A stretch of DNA of 64,000 bases from a virus, in IMG/VR virus record IMGVR_UViG_3300045995_000345, positions 1 to 64,000 of that record, one strand, 5' to 3'. Made by a program: the position numbers and the translations under genes. The first letter of the stretch is position 1. Each line of letters starts with the position of its first letter. Positions 20,701 to 27,561 of this stretch are shown here, one piece after another. A model generated the notes under the pieces. The model worked only from the letters and a program-made list of their open reading frames with translations, was not told where the DNA came from and did no database searches.

Positions 20701-22111
20701 CGCCGGCAGCCTTGCGCTGCACCAGTAATGCGATGCCGGCCCTGTCAACATCGTAGATGTCCTTGGCTACGTCGCTCCCAATCGTCCCGGTCTTCAGCGC
20801 GTCCGGCGGCGGAGGCGGTTCGTTCGTCGCCTCCTTCTTGGGCGGGGGCTGCTGCTCTCCACGCTTCTTGCCTGTGAACAGTTCGGTAACGGCGGACGTG
20901 GCGCCACCGCCCATGGTCCCGGCGATACCAGAGTTGATGATGTCATCCTTCTCCGCCTGATTCAGTGGAGCCCAAAGCTTGCCCTCGTCATGGTCATGCA
21001 GGAAAGCTCCGTAACGCTGGCCGGCAACGTCAACAAGCGATTGGAACGCCTCAGTGCTCCCTTCCCATGGCACCGTCTTGGCGACCTCTGGGGCGAGGCG
21101 TGTGACGTAGGCGTAAAACGGCTTCTTCAGAGGTTCAACCGCCGCGTCTGTCAGCTCGCGGCCGGCCCTGCCCATTGCCTTGCCCAACCGTCCGACGATG
21201 TAGGTGGGCAGGACTGTATCGGGGACCGCCTTTATGCCACCACCCACCAAGGCGATGTTGGCCGCGTCATCCTGGCTGAGTTCGCCCTTGTTCACCTGAT
21301 CCTGCAACTCCATGAACAACTCGCCGGAGTTCTGCTGCATGGACGCAGCGGCACCACCCGTGAGGTTGCCGATCATCTGGCCGACCGTTGCCGCCTGGCG
21401 AACCGTTGCTGCCCGCAGGAGTTCCTTGGCCGGAGCGCTGAGTGCGTCCTTCAGGATCGTGCCAGCTGCGTACTTCTCGATCTCACCCTTCAGTTCAGCC
21501 GACACCTTCGCCTTCACCAGCGCCTTGAGGGCTCCACGTTCAAACAACCCAGCCGCCGCGCCCGGAATCCCGCCCACGCCAGCACCAGTCGCCGCACCAA
21601 TGGCGGCGCCCGCACCCGCCGCAACCACGGACTCACCAATCGACGGCACCAAGTTGCCAAACTGGTTGGCCGCATAGAGCATCGCCGTGCGCGGCCCGCT
21701 CACGTCACGCCAGTTGGCCACTGCCGGCTGGTAGTAATCCGCCGCCTCTTGCTGTTGCTCCGCTGCCTTGCCGATCAGGGTCTTGGCGATGTTAGTCGCG
21801 CCTAACTTCTGCGCCACCATGCCGCCTGCCCCGTAGGCAAGCGCCTGAGTCTGGTCAATGCCCGCACCCAGAGAACCCTTGAACTCCTGCCACGTTGACG
21901 TGTTGGCAATGCGGTCCTCCTTCTGGATTCGGTCCCAGTCAGCGGCGAAGTCCGGGTACTCCTTGAACACGTCCCTGCCTTGGGCGGAATACTCGGGGGC
22001 CTGAGCGGCGTAGAGCCGTGTGATGTCGTCATCCTTGAGGGCCGACATGTCCTCCGGATTCCAACCCAAAGGGTTGTTCTTCCGAACGAAGTCAACGAGT
22101 TGGTTGGGCAT
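11711..22111 (-). CDS. giant (3466 aa) internal virion/ejection polyvalent protein with zincin motif
   Basis: Follows two ejection-type genes; Ala/Gly-rich N-terminus; VVHEALHP (about 17120-17134) then EFAVAVLSDPEF...SLWDAFKRLV. Confidence 0.75.
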   Translation of the reverse strand: MPNQLVDFVRKNNPLGWNPEDMSALKDDDITRLYAAQAPEYSAQGRDVFKEYPDFAADWDRIQKEDRIANTSTWQEFKGSLGAGIDQTQALAYGAGGMVAQKLGATNIAKTLIGKAAEQQQEAADYYQPAVANWRDVSGPRTAMLYAANQFGNLVPSIGESVVAAGAGAAIGAATGAGVGGIPGAAAGLFERGALKALVKAKVSAELKGEIEKYAAGTILKDALSAPAKELLRAATVRQAATVGQMIGNLTGGAAASMQQNSGELFMELQDQVNKGELSQDDAANIALVGGGIKAVPDTVLPTYIVGRLGKAMGRAGRELTDAAVEPLKKPFYAYVTRLAPEVAKTVPWEGSTEAFQSLVDVAGQRYGAFLHDHDEGKLWAPLNQAEKDDIINSGIAGTMGGGATSAVTELFTGKKRGEQQPPPKKEATNEPPPPPDALKTGTIGSDVAKDIYDVDRAGIALLVQRKAAGDPAVELEILKLNSDSKAIFNQEWTRILQARSDELGKSLSNEKGGETPNGEEANAQGQGTQELQVAPPVTETSTPAPASVPSETGAGGVSATAEAERPAVSKVPLYQFAKDLVQSVPEDQRSPEVRDVAELLNKDTLTRADLQQMAAKLGLRYDPKTEASIPDVVKQRNVNQQLTWAESRKLGVPLTPRILEAKDDTGKVLFRSVVTPQKDGGNKLELFVKAGATFVPVDTQMIPAGTPVEAHLMVYAEAMRDPTVTRNAEVAQSPSPVVPAAPAALATKEAPPPSEAQQASPPETPKAAVAALKTYFKTQAPRPADMAARIQRLSQSRQPRPAEMAAKIQARSQSAPTKESNAPIPQHLATEVRILNAPTVGQAVGQGNTVVQQAPVQGEVKGQAPVVGKEVRKVEEALKPEALGFAANVVAKVDALGENYDGKKNLEYLKTDLAAQQAELKQVESLIAELKKADKDAEALVDRHADLILSISKLERAIANFKAEEQSIVQAIGPAAVEFEYGSLDAAKPSEDPSQRGHGDSLVDDSGSTAVENAFGRVEDPTSGDEPGMTPDESSDAQATLDSEEAARKIAKLPGYYDTKDDTGGGHDLSEAHKLYNEAKTQGEKEYAAKLIGTLLTAQSQVGTAKRSEKGKQVAVGKQSSSLSRRVAGWITPAGRVILSLAYNRNRAITYTLEEAAAGFGITKKEAAKALKSSPKTVTLTELGKALKKTKGDVNAVSKKLRANKVIANLQFRFAIGDGAKDTVGVIDLLEAGFVPYSSMLLRSPRNQLARAIRSVADYEGEFGGLKQARDDAYGYSTDNVRTASGDIVNARNFTPEQALNRKEQLRFADWVKNNMPMVAQIVAFQKDHVVTSPELIQQFAKELQASVAASYDSIEDRAMIQRMLDETLPTIITNWNGVRKALSNENTNAGSSSAIAEGATGNSQRDNAADGGIVAGVGQGTPPAAAQPAQAPSETGTSARLEPSPTSVATLDAMSEKMRALVPLKAEAVGVILSLHEDGGLSDGQRDQILDMITKARTPHGIETALDVAQEAVTPSRERQLDPDAMDAVDLDAQTITAPELLPDSVENVIFNLKRLAKSKLPATQHGLLSEMNIAALKKDYPTLAAALEKVAEAGGELAALAKFLAGRADVTEAKLTISPETQVGTPLGGSYSVANNEATVFPANARNVEDFHVSVVHEALHPFISRLLLRARNNPASLTVGEQEFVQKLHTLVEAAKAAGLTWQQSAEGLVGSDEFAVAVLSDPEFRDKLTKIALPPNFGDPTSLSLWDAFKRLVANLLKAVGLTSDKNVADEAYKLVTTLLQNYDEAAAARDKAWRVLRPNTGPMNADEMRYRQIKGLAGERTEISPTREYENEAKRMMAVTNEVAAARSKYFDALVKSGNNVTTTGKPVATEAEWIQNSFASLIQGGEDPAEDIKAAINSALTKDGTTGKPVSTSLTFADLEQTNEAPKAQMAALEIHYKDRTRWQARKALSDHEFGEGKLTERISESNLELYELTQNYQNLDVVTGQFLKSMKDALREATGTGAQSILEALGIKTGFKEALRIAAGAIEGNKIAFGDQLQALAELGIDYSTVGNVSLTSAGKVSLTPGDVQAAAAASANPNARNIAADPARLALALQFARRRPIAMDLLAVRTAYDDKGVQKTAINQMIKLAVSNKPDARALAVGQLSRVGTLFVHADRILKRLDTIKAENEKLLKQAAQLSQWDVEWHIISKIQAEEIRKLERMRDLEEGTFGEQSRQFKWVNNAVYLVPESNLTTEDDLFTKPEFRQTVQHGDNYSDANIQQNLTKIVSWMAEHPGSQGSGRFAFLERVVREAAGRQANSANENIQRGLGGWILRSMGDIGTRFRQHGTQTARAIEQQIVTHNNREQSLRNSINERLYYKVDELARAAMIATGIDNPVEFHANFYHNILGLFQSEQHLYDPRLTPEQQLDQFMATGKRFVQALPGMERKGAWEAVDKYIRANFAAAMDLQNVRRGIKLKIRDVMVGGRVIFRDVIGGVMSTMSRYTAGPAVALAMRMKGSEKLFWNTPWMGAETDDAGNPTPVEHVGLTKSAVALLHSKDRAALQAVLDARFTAPVNTTFVAELISKPGQTNFKGPEVGGVVDMAPHAQLRGAYQAATAGRADGTFDALKFAETLHADLGGSPDTLSDFVGQTMATFQHYMDELYKVAKVDEGDQGNDLRTIGRAFLDARKGEDFPPGWLNFRTYGHKDYANYIRVLAEQDAYGAGATDLKANLAKLQTELTLLADDFKAAEAIKTSNPALSKDYMENGLNGDRPGLRKMRENAVYNLEYAQKNEDVLFSLIRTHSGGGQSYQTLMDMVGVMSGFVLQGVTSAVSDHISLPDHAFRKFGFSKEAVSVLFGGYYKNYAFELMHSMWQAMSWEMRMNAENAKNTRLLNSGGAADLDSLTERRGWRSMLDRYRQQLGAEASLWAVAWRSTASPLRVPGEVVRAVTKRVNAAARVFLSTGVGKPKNVETAAATLKWWAPFSMNNIIMQRAAARTWLEFTNDGINKAALYFQYHPADAADPNFKFSAKTANFSRKNLSGLMLDDRAFKYFYTTLEKNGIQLEDAARKRLSGAEPLTFDQIRSVIALANTEVLLNTGITTRAPWTLNNTFGRIVSPLTGWALIKTADVVKSSREPEGRASLRAAASAATAFTLAIVPVTIAYAVMRKEYEKDIVGKAPNQLPFKLDENLPLALLDSFSRLGTFGIISEPVNSIFNVSTAREFSVDSRVFVASTIMNLGAVLTKLARQGPSNSTYASTWRQFIQAAGGTGYLQNFDAINNMLDLDNTERRIVERINVGNLIRVAGREQGLDLRIFRGSAAGMINAIPNPVKPWVGNMVLAAYVNDPAAFREAYSKALEVASLKAVTDPEVDPYADVAEAYERMNPLRSTFNKSPSAGEYQKMLASLGDSATEVSAAIRNFNAYGAQVRKSRANTGGLTPFFGTERRAVNIYGSSSMSGGGGGARDYRSIAAGFGR

Positions 22112-22114
22112 GGC

Positions 22115-23827
22115 TTACTCGTAGGGACTCGGCTGCTGCGCCCGAAGAATGCTGAGAAGATCCGACACGTTCTGAATCGGAGCTTGATACTGTGCAGGAA
22201 GGGAAGTCTGGCCTGGATAGAGTTGCCTTAAAAGATCCGCTGCCTTCAAGATGTCGCCTTGCTGAGTGGCCTCTTGCGCACGCTGCTGGATGATCTCTTG
22301 GAAGGTGGCGGGGATCATACGCGAGGGCTCCGAGAAAGATGCGCCTGCTCCATGGAACATGGGAACGACTTGACGGACCATGCCTTGAGGATTCACAATC
22401 CCCACCGGAGCCGCTGCTGCTTGAAGATTGGAGATGGCCCGCGCCGTTGCGCCCGGCATGATGTCGGCCGGAGGAAGGCTGGCGTAATTTGGCATCACCT
22501 GCTGGACGGCTGGCATGGCTGCCTGGGGAATTCCGGCTGTGCCCATCAGACTCAACTCTTGCGGAGAGAGTGGCGGAGCGTTTATGCCACCGGGAGGTGG
22601 GGGTTGAGTTCCGTCTGGAGGAAGGGTCAGAATTCCATTGCCACCAGCGCCACCTGATTGCCGGCCACCGAATCCGGTAGCAGGATTCCGAACCCTTCCG
22701 GCCCCCCAAATGGGCGTCGTGCCATTCCGTTCGTTGAGAGCCTGATTCACCAGCTTGTCTTCAGAAGTCATGCGCTTAAGAGCCAGCCCAACTTGCATTC
22801 CATACTTTTCATCCAGTGAGTTCAGAAAGTTGATTCGATCCGTAGTATCGTTCTGCTGACCGCGTGCGACGTTGGTCAAATCTCTGAGGTAGGCGTTGGC
22901 ATCCGTTCTCTGATTTATCGCCTGATCCATGGCCCCAGCCTTAGCGAGCATGTCGCTCTGCTCGAAGATGATCTGTTGGAGTCTGGCCTTGGTGGCTGGA
23001 TCCAGCTTGTCAACGGCAGCGATCACAGAACCGGGCATACCAGAAGTCAACCCCGTCCGAACGATGGACTGCTGGTTGGGCTTGAGTGTAAGCAGCTCGG
23101 CTTGGAACTTTTCGTTGTTCAAGAGCAACTGACCGAGCGCTTTCTGGGTAACGGGAGTCATCCCCGGATGAGCTTGGGCGTCTGGAATAACTGCCCTCGC
23201 ACGAGGCAAATTCCGGTCAAGCAGAAAGTTACCGTAGTCAGATTGCGCATTCTCCCAGATCGTCTTCCCATTCTCCGCCTTCACGGGATTATTCACAACC
23301 TCGTTGATCAAGTCCATGTCGTGCTGGGTACGGAGCGCGGCCTCTTGCTTTGACTCCGAGATGGCGATTTGCTTGGCCAGTTCAGCATGAGAAACCGGTA
23401 CCCCATCAGGCCACATCGTTGTCACGCCCATCATCTCCGCTTTGTTCTGGAGCTTTCCGACCTCAAGCGCGAGGTTGTCCTTGATCGCTCCGGCCAGCTT
23501 GAGGCCGGACATTGCAGCCGCCTTCTGGGGAGTTGTCAGGTTTGGGTCTGTCCCTCCAGCGGCAGCGTAATCACGATCGATCTGTTTTGAGTACGTCTCC
23601 TCCGCGTCCGCCTTGGTCTCAGTCCTGAGTTGCTGGTGCTGCCCCTCCTGATAGCGCCGGGCGTCCTCCGTCACCTTCTGGTTGTAATTGCGCTGGGACT
23701 CAACGATGGCGTTCTGGTAGGCGCGCGTGATGGCCTGGTCGTTGAGCGCAATCCGGCCACGCTGAAGCGTTTCAAGCGGCTGCGTCGCCGCCTGCATTCC
23801 AGTCCGAAGAACTTCGTAAGGGTCCAT
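22115..23827 (-). CDS. putative ejection (internal virion) protein
   Basis: Gln/Ala-rich helical protein in the ejection-protein position. Confidence 0.6.
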   Translation of the reverse strand: MDPYEVLRTGMQAATQPLETLQRGRIALNDQAITRAYQNAIVESQRNYNQKVTEDARRYQEGQHQQLRTETKADAEETYSKQIDRDYAAAGGTDPNLTTPQKAAAMSGLKLAGAIKDNLALEVGKLQNKAEMMGVTTMWPDGVPVSHAELAKQIAISESKQEAALRTQHDMDLINEVVNNPVKAENGKTIWENAQSDYGNFLLDRNLPRARAVIPDAQAHPGMTPVTQKALGQLLLNNEKFQAELLTLKPNQQSIVRTGLTSGMPGSVIAAVDKLDPATKARLQQIIFEQSDMLAKAGAMDQAINQRTDANAYLRDLTNVARGQQNDTTDRINFLNSLDEKYGMQVGLALKRMTSEDKLVNQALNERNGTTPIWGAGRVRNPATGFGGRQSGGAGGNGILTLPPDGTQPPPPGGINAPPLSPQELSLMGTAGIPQAAMPAVQQVMPNYASLPPADIMPGATARAISNLQAAAAPVGIVNPQGMVRQVVPMFHGAGASFSEPSRMIPATFQEIIQQRAQEATQQGDILKAADLLRQLYPGQTSLPAQYQAPIQNVSDLLSILRAQQPSPYE

Positions 23828-23841
23828 AGAAACTCACTTTC

Positions 23842-24849
23842 TTAGCCTGCGCCAGTGCCGGGATCCAGCATGTAGTTGGTGCTCGGTTGCTGGTATTGGT
23901 AACCCGTGTTCTGGTTGGCGAGGATCATCCTGAGCTGTTCCATCTGCTGCTGCTGAAGCTGCTGGTTGGCGTAGTAATTGCCGATGGCGCCAGCGCCCTG
24001 AGCTGCCCCAGACAACACCATCTGTCCGGCCGACGGGACCGCGCTGTATTGCGGGGTGTTCGGCTGCGGCGGGTTACCCGGGTTCAGCTTGAAGAAGTTC
24101 AAGGGCTGCATCGCCAACTGCTGCCGCTGCACTAGCGCCTGGGCTGGAGCCTGCGAGAGCTGGATCAACTGGTTGGCCCGGTTGATGGGCGTGTCCAGCG
24201 ATCGGAGTTGCAGGTCAACCATGCCTTCCTGCACGGTCCTGGTGTCCCCAGCGTTCTGCAAGGTGGCGTTCGCGCGTGCGCCAGCGGCTGCCTGCCTGCC
24301 TGCGATGGTGGCGCCCAAGAGCTGGTTCTGCGTGTAACCACTCTGACCCACGAAGCCGCGCCGGTTGTTCTCGGTGTTGATGCGATTCAATTCCTGCTGC
24401 AAGCCGAGTTCGAGGGCTGACCCCTGAACGTCTCCGGCTGCCGTCCTTGCCGCAAGCACGGGTTGGAGAGAAGCCATGCGTTGGGCCTCAAGGTCGCCAG
24501 AGTAGATACCGCTGATCAAACGATTCCCGGCGTCGATGGTGGGTTGCTGCTGGTCGATGATGTTCTGATATTCCTGCATCGTCATCGTCACTGGTTGCCC
24601 GGTGATGGAATCGAAGACTTGAATGGCGCTGTCCGCCAGCCGGCGCTCGGTCCCGGTCGGCATGTACATGGGCAGGATGGCGCTGCCATTGCTCCCGCGA
24701 GATTCCTGGAACTGCTGGTAGGCCAGCGCGTTCGTGTCCCGAACGGACTGGGCCTGCTGCTGGGACGCCTTCTTCTGGGCGTTCGCGGCCATGACTCCTG
24801 AACCGATGGCGGCACCAGCCGCGATTACCGCACCTGTGATGGCTGCCAT
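23842..24849 (-). CDS. putative ejection/pilot protein
   Basis: MAAITGAVIAAGAAIGSGVMAANAQKKA hydrophobic N-terminus, Gln-rich body; follows the GNAT gene. Confidence 0.7.
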   Translation of the reverse strand: MAAITGAVIAAGAAIGSGVMAANAQKKASQQQAQSVRDTNALAYQQFQESRGSNGSAILPMYMPTGTERRLADSAIQVFDSITGQPVTMTMQEYQNIIDQQQPTIDAGNRLISGIYSGDLEAQRMASLQPVLAARTAAGDVQGSALELGLQQELNRINTENNRRGFVGQSGYTQNQLLGATIAGRQAAAGARANATLQNAGDTRTVQEGMVDLQLRSLDTPINRANQLIQLSQAPAQALVQRQQLAMQPLNFFKLNPGNPPQPNTPQYSAVPSAGQMVLSGAAQGAGAIGNYYANQQLQQQQMEQLRMILANQNTGYQYQQPSTNYMLDPGTGAG

Positions 24850-24852
24850 AAA

Positions 24853-25311
24853 TCAAATCACTTTCTCGTAAAGTCTCTCTTTAAGGGAGTAGCCTGATCG
24901 TTCGTACCACTTCGCCATACGTTCCGCAACATCGTTCTCAAGGTGGACCATCCAGATCCGCTTGGCGCCATGCACTTTCGCCTCATCTTCGTAGGCTTTC
25001 AACAGGAGGTGGGCCTTGCCCCTCGCCTCCGGGTGAGCGTAGAAGAATGTCTCGCACGCAATGACGTCTCCCGTGTGATCGCACTTGGCAACCACGGCCC
25101 CGAACGCTGCGATGATCTTGGAAAGCGAGTTTCCAGGATCTTCGTCCAGCACTAGGATGAACCGGATGCCTCCAGCAATCCCGGCGGTCATGGCTTCAAT
25201 GAAATGCCCGGGATTCCAGACGCCCTTCTGCTTCGATTCCTTGAAGAACAATTCCCCCAGCTCCAGGAGTCTGGGAACTTCGTGAAGGTGCAGGAGTCTT
25301 GGTGTCATCAT
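24853..25311 (-). CDS. GNAT-family acetyltransferase
   Basis: ETFFYAHPEARGK, LLKAYEDEAK, WYERSGY; usual position before ejection proteins in short-tailed phages. Confidence 0.8.
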   Translation of the reverse strand: MMTPRLLHLHEVPRLLELGELFFKESKQKGVWNPGHFIEAMTAGIAGGIRFILVLDEDPGNSLSKIIAAFGAVVAKCDHTGDVIACETFFYAHPEARGKAHLLLKAYEDEAKVHGAKRIWMVHLENDVAERMAKWYERSGYSLKERLYEKVI

Positions 25312-26273
25312 ACGCAGGTTGCCCGGACGTAGAGCAGGGCGGAGATGGTTGCGTCCCCGCTGGTCACCGTGGTAACCGCCCTCACTTCAAGTGGGTTGTC
25401 CGCGTTGTGGCCGGCCTCCACGATGCCTTGGTGGATCCACCTGCCCATGCGCTGCGTGTTGTTGGCTACCGGGATAACGTGACCCGTTGTGCTGAAGCCG
25501 TCACCTGGATCGCTGCCTGGGCCAGTCGTTGGAGTTCCCGGAGTGCCGCTGTGGTAGGTCAAGTCTACCTTGATTGACCCGCCGGCTGCCGTGCCGAGGT
25601 CCGCATCAACACCGATCTCGATCTCCTTCCACGTCGTCTTGCCCGCCGGGAGAGCCAGGCTGAGAGTCGTTGTCCCGGCTGTAACGATGGTGTCCGATGC
25701 GTAAACCGACGTCGGATACTGGTTCGCGATGGCCGTGGAGTGGTCCGGGTTGAGCAGTTGGAAGTTCGTCCCGTCGTACACCAACGCAAGGATGGAGTTC
25801 GCCTTGATCATCCCAGCCGTGAGCGCGATACCGAACGCGAGCACCGGAGTTGCCGCCAATCCATTCACCGCGAGCGTGGTGGCACCCGTGTTCTCAGCGG
25901 GCACCTTCACCTGGGCGATAATCCCAGTCAGGGCTGCAAGGTCGGGGATGTAATTCTCGTCTGCGAACGTGACGGAGAAAGCGTCCCCCGTGTTCGTGGC
26001 CTCAGCGTAGAGCTTCCGGTTTCCAACGCGCCGCCACTTGCTGGCTGCCGAGTCCCAGAACATCAAGCCGCGCATGTCGGTTGGCACCCAGAGGATTCCT
26101 TGGCGATCGCCGACGGCGGGCTCGTCTCCGAAGACGAAGTGGGCGCCCGTGAGTACAGTGGCAATCGCGAGGATCGCCGCCTTCAAGTTCTGAAAGTTGG
26201 TGTCCGTTTCCTGCTTGGTCAGGGCGCTTCCCTTGATCAGCCGCAGAACCAGATCGATGTCAGATGGGATCAT
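25308..26273 (-). CDS. tail fibre/spike protein (paralogue 2)
   Basis: LRLIKGSALTKQETDTNF anchor motif; NTGATTLAVNGL...LVYDGTNFQL. Confidence 0.7.
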   Translation of the reverse strand: MIPSDIDLVLRLIKGSALTKQETDTNFQNLKAAILAIATVLTGAHFVFGDEPAVGDRQGILWVPTDMRGLMFWDSAASKWRRVGNRKLYAEATNTGDAFSVTFADENYIPDLAALTGIIAQVKVPAENTGATTLAVNGLAATPVLAFGIALTAGMIKANSILALVYDGTNFQLLNPDHSTAIANQYPTSVYASDTIVTAGTTTLSLALPAGKTTWKEIEIGVDADLGTAAGGSIKVDLTYHSGTPGTPTTGPGSDPGDGFSTTGHVIPVANNTQRMGRWIHQGIVEAGHNADNPLEVRAVTTVTSGDATISALLYVRATCV

Positions 26274-26277
26274 GGGA

Positions 26278-27408
26278 TTAGTATTCGATGGTTACTTGGC
26301 CGTTGGCACCCGCTCCACCTGTGGCTCCAGACGTTGGGTTGAACGCCCCCTGCCCACCTTCTCCGGGATGAACGCCAGCAGCGCCGGCCGCTTCGGTGTA
26401 TCGGAAGGAACCAGATCCCCGGCGTCCGGACTTCGCATTGATGGCAAGAATGCCAGCTCCGGAAGACGACGCTGTCCCGCCGGCACCTTGATCTCCGTAA
26501 CCCGCAGACCCAACCTTACCACCCGCCCCGGCGCCGGCCGTCAGAACCCAGCTTGAAGAGAAATAGTTGGCGACGGTGTTGGACCCAACGGCACCGTCCG
26601 AGGCTCCGACACCACCCGCACCACCCGCACCAGTGGTGAACACGATCTCCTGTCCGGGAGCAACTGTGCAATCAGCGGTAAGGCTGGCGCCATCGCCGCC
26701 GTCCCCAGCGACTACGTTCTGGCCGAGCTGGCTGCCTCCGCCTCCTCCGCCACCACCCACCAGCGTCACTCGAATCTTGGTAATCCCAGCCGGCACAGTC
26801 CACGGGCTTGACGGATCCACCACCATGGTTGGAACGGGCGAGGGAACTACAGGCACAACGTAATCCTCGAACGCACCCTTGGCGTTCAGCAGGTTGAAGT
26901 TTGTCCCGTCGTAAACGAAAGCGCACGTCTCGCCCGACTGCATGGCACCGGACTTGAGCGCGGCAGCAAAGGCTGTAATCGGGGTGACCGCGAACGTGTT
27001 CAGCTTCAGCGTCGATGCGCCTGAGTTCGTGGCTGGGATCTTGGCGAAGACCGTGAAGCCAACGATCGAGGCCAGGTCCGGGATCTTGTTCTCCGCCGCC
27101 AGGGTCAGCGAGTAGGCATTCCCAATGTTCGTCGCGACGGCGTAGAGCTTCCGATTGCTCATCCGAATCCAGCCCGTTCCGTCCCAAGCGTAGATCGCTC
27201 GAAAGTCCGAAGGCACCCAGAACGTGTTCGTCCTGTCAGCAATGGCAGGCTCAGGCCCGAACACAACGCGGCCACCAGCACTCGTGAGCGATGCGGCAAT
27301 GGCAAGGATGGCGTCCTTGAGAGCTTGGAAGTCAGCGTCCGTCTCGTCGTGCGTCAGGGGCGATCCCTTGGTCTGCCGCAGCGTCAGTTGAATGTCAGAG
27401 GGAATCAT
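26278..27408 (-). CDS. tail fibre protein with Gly-rich C-terminal domain (paralogue 1)
   Basis: LRQTKGSPLTHDETDADF; WTVPAGITKIRVTLVGGGGGGG Gly-rich domain. Confidence 0.75.
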   Translation of the reverse strand: MIPSDIQLTLRQTKGSPLTHDETDADFQALKDAILAIAASLTSAGGRVVFGPEPAIADRTNTFWVPSDFRAIYAWDGTGWIRMSNRKLYAVATNIGNAYSLTLAAENKIPDLASIVGFTVFAKIPATNSGASTLKLNTFAVTPITAFAAALKSGAMQSGETCAFVYDGTNFNLLNAKGAFEDYVVPVVPSPVPTMVVDPSSPWTVPAGITKIRVTLVGGGGGGGGSQLGQNVVAGDGGDGASLTADCTVAPGQEIVFTTGAGGAGGVGASDGAVGSNTVANYFSSSWVLTAGAGAGGKVGSAGYGDQGAGGTASSSGAGILAINAKSGRRGSGSFRYTEAAGAAGVHPGEGGQGAFNPTSGATGGAGANGQVTIEY

Positions 27409-27559
27409 ATTTTCGCGTGAGAACTTCTTGAACCTGCACCCACCACGTATCCAGGGCCGCTTGTTCCTCTGGGGTCAGCGTCGGAAAGCGAGGAACATCC
27501 GGCAGCTCATTGAGCAGATCCGGGGTCGTCTTGCGCGTGCTCTTGGCTTCGATGGGCAT
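27395..27559 (-). CDS. small tail-region protein (54 aa, below ORF-track cutoff)
   Basis: Read by hand: MPIEAKSTRKTTPDLLNELPDVPRFP...WWVQVQEVLTRKYDSL; fills the gap between nozzle and fibre. Confidence 0.55.
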   Translation of the reverse strand: MPIEAKSTRKTTPDLLNELPDVPRFPTLTPEEQAALDTWWVQVQEVLTRKYDSL

Positions 27560-27561
27560 GG

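Noticed and set aside
25308-27408. Diversity-generating retroelement or invertible tail-fibre cassette
   Set aside because: No reverse transcriptase, no near-identical template/variable repeat pair, and both fibres are co-oriented
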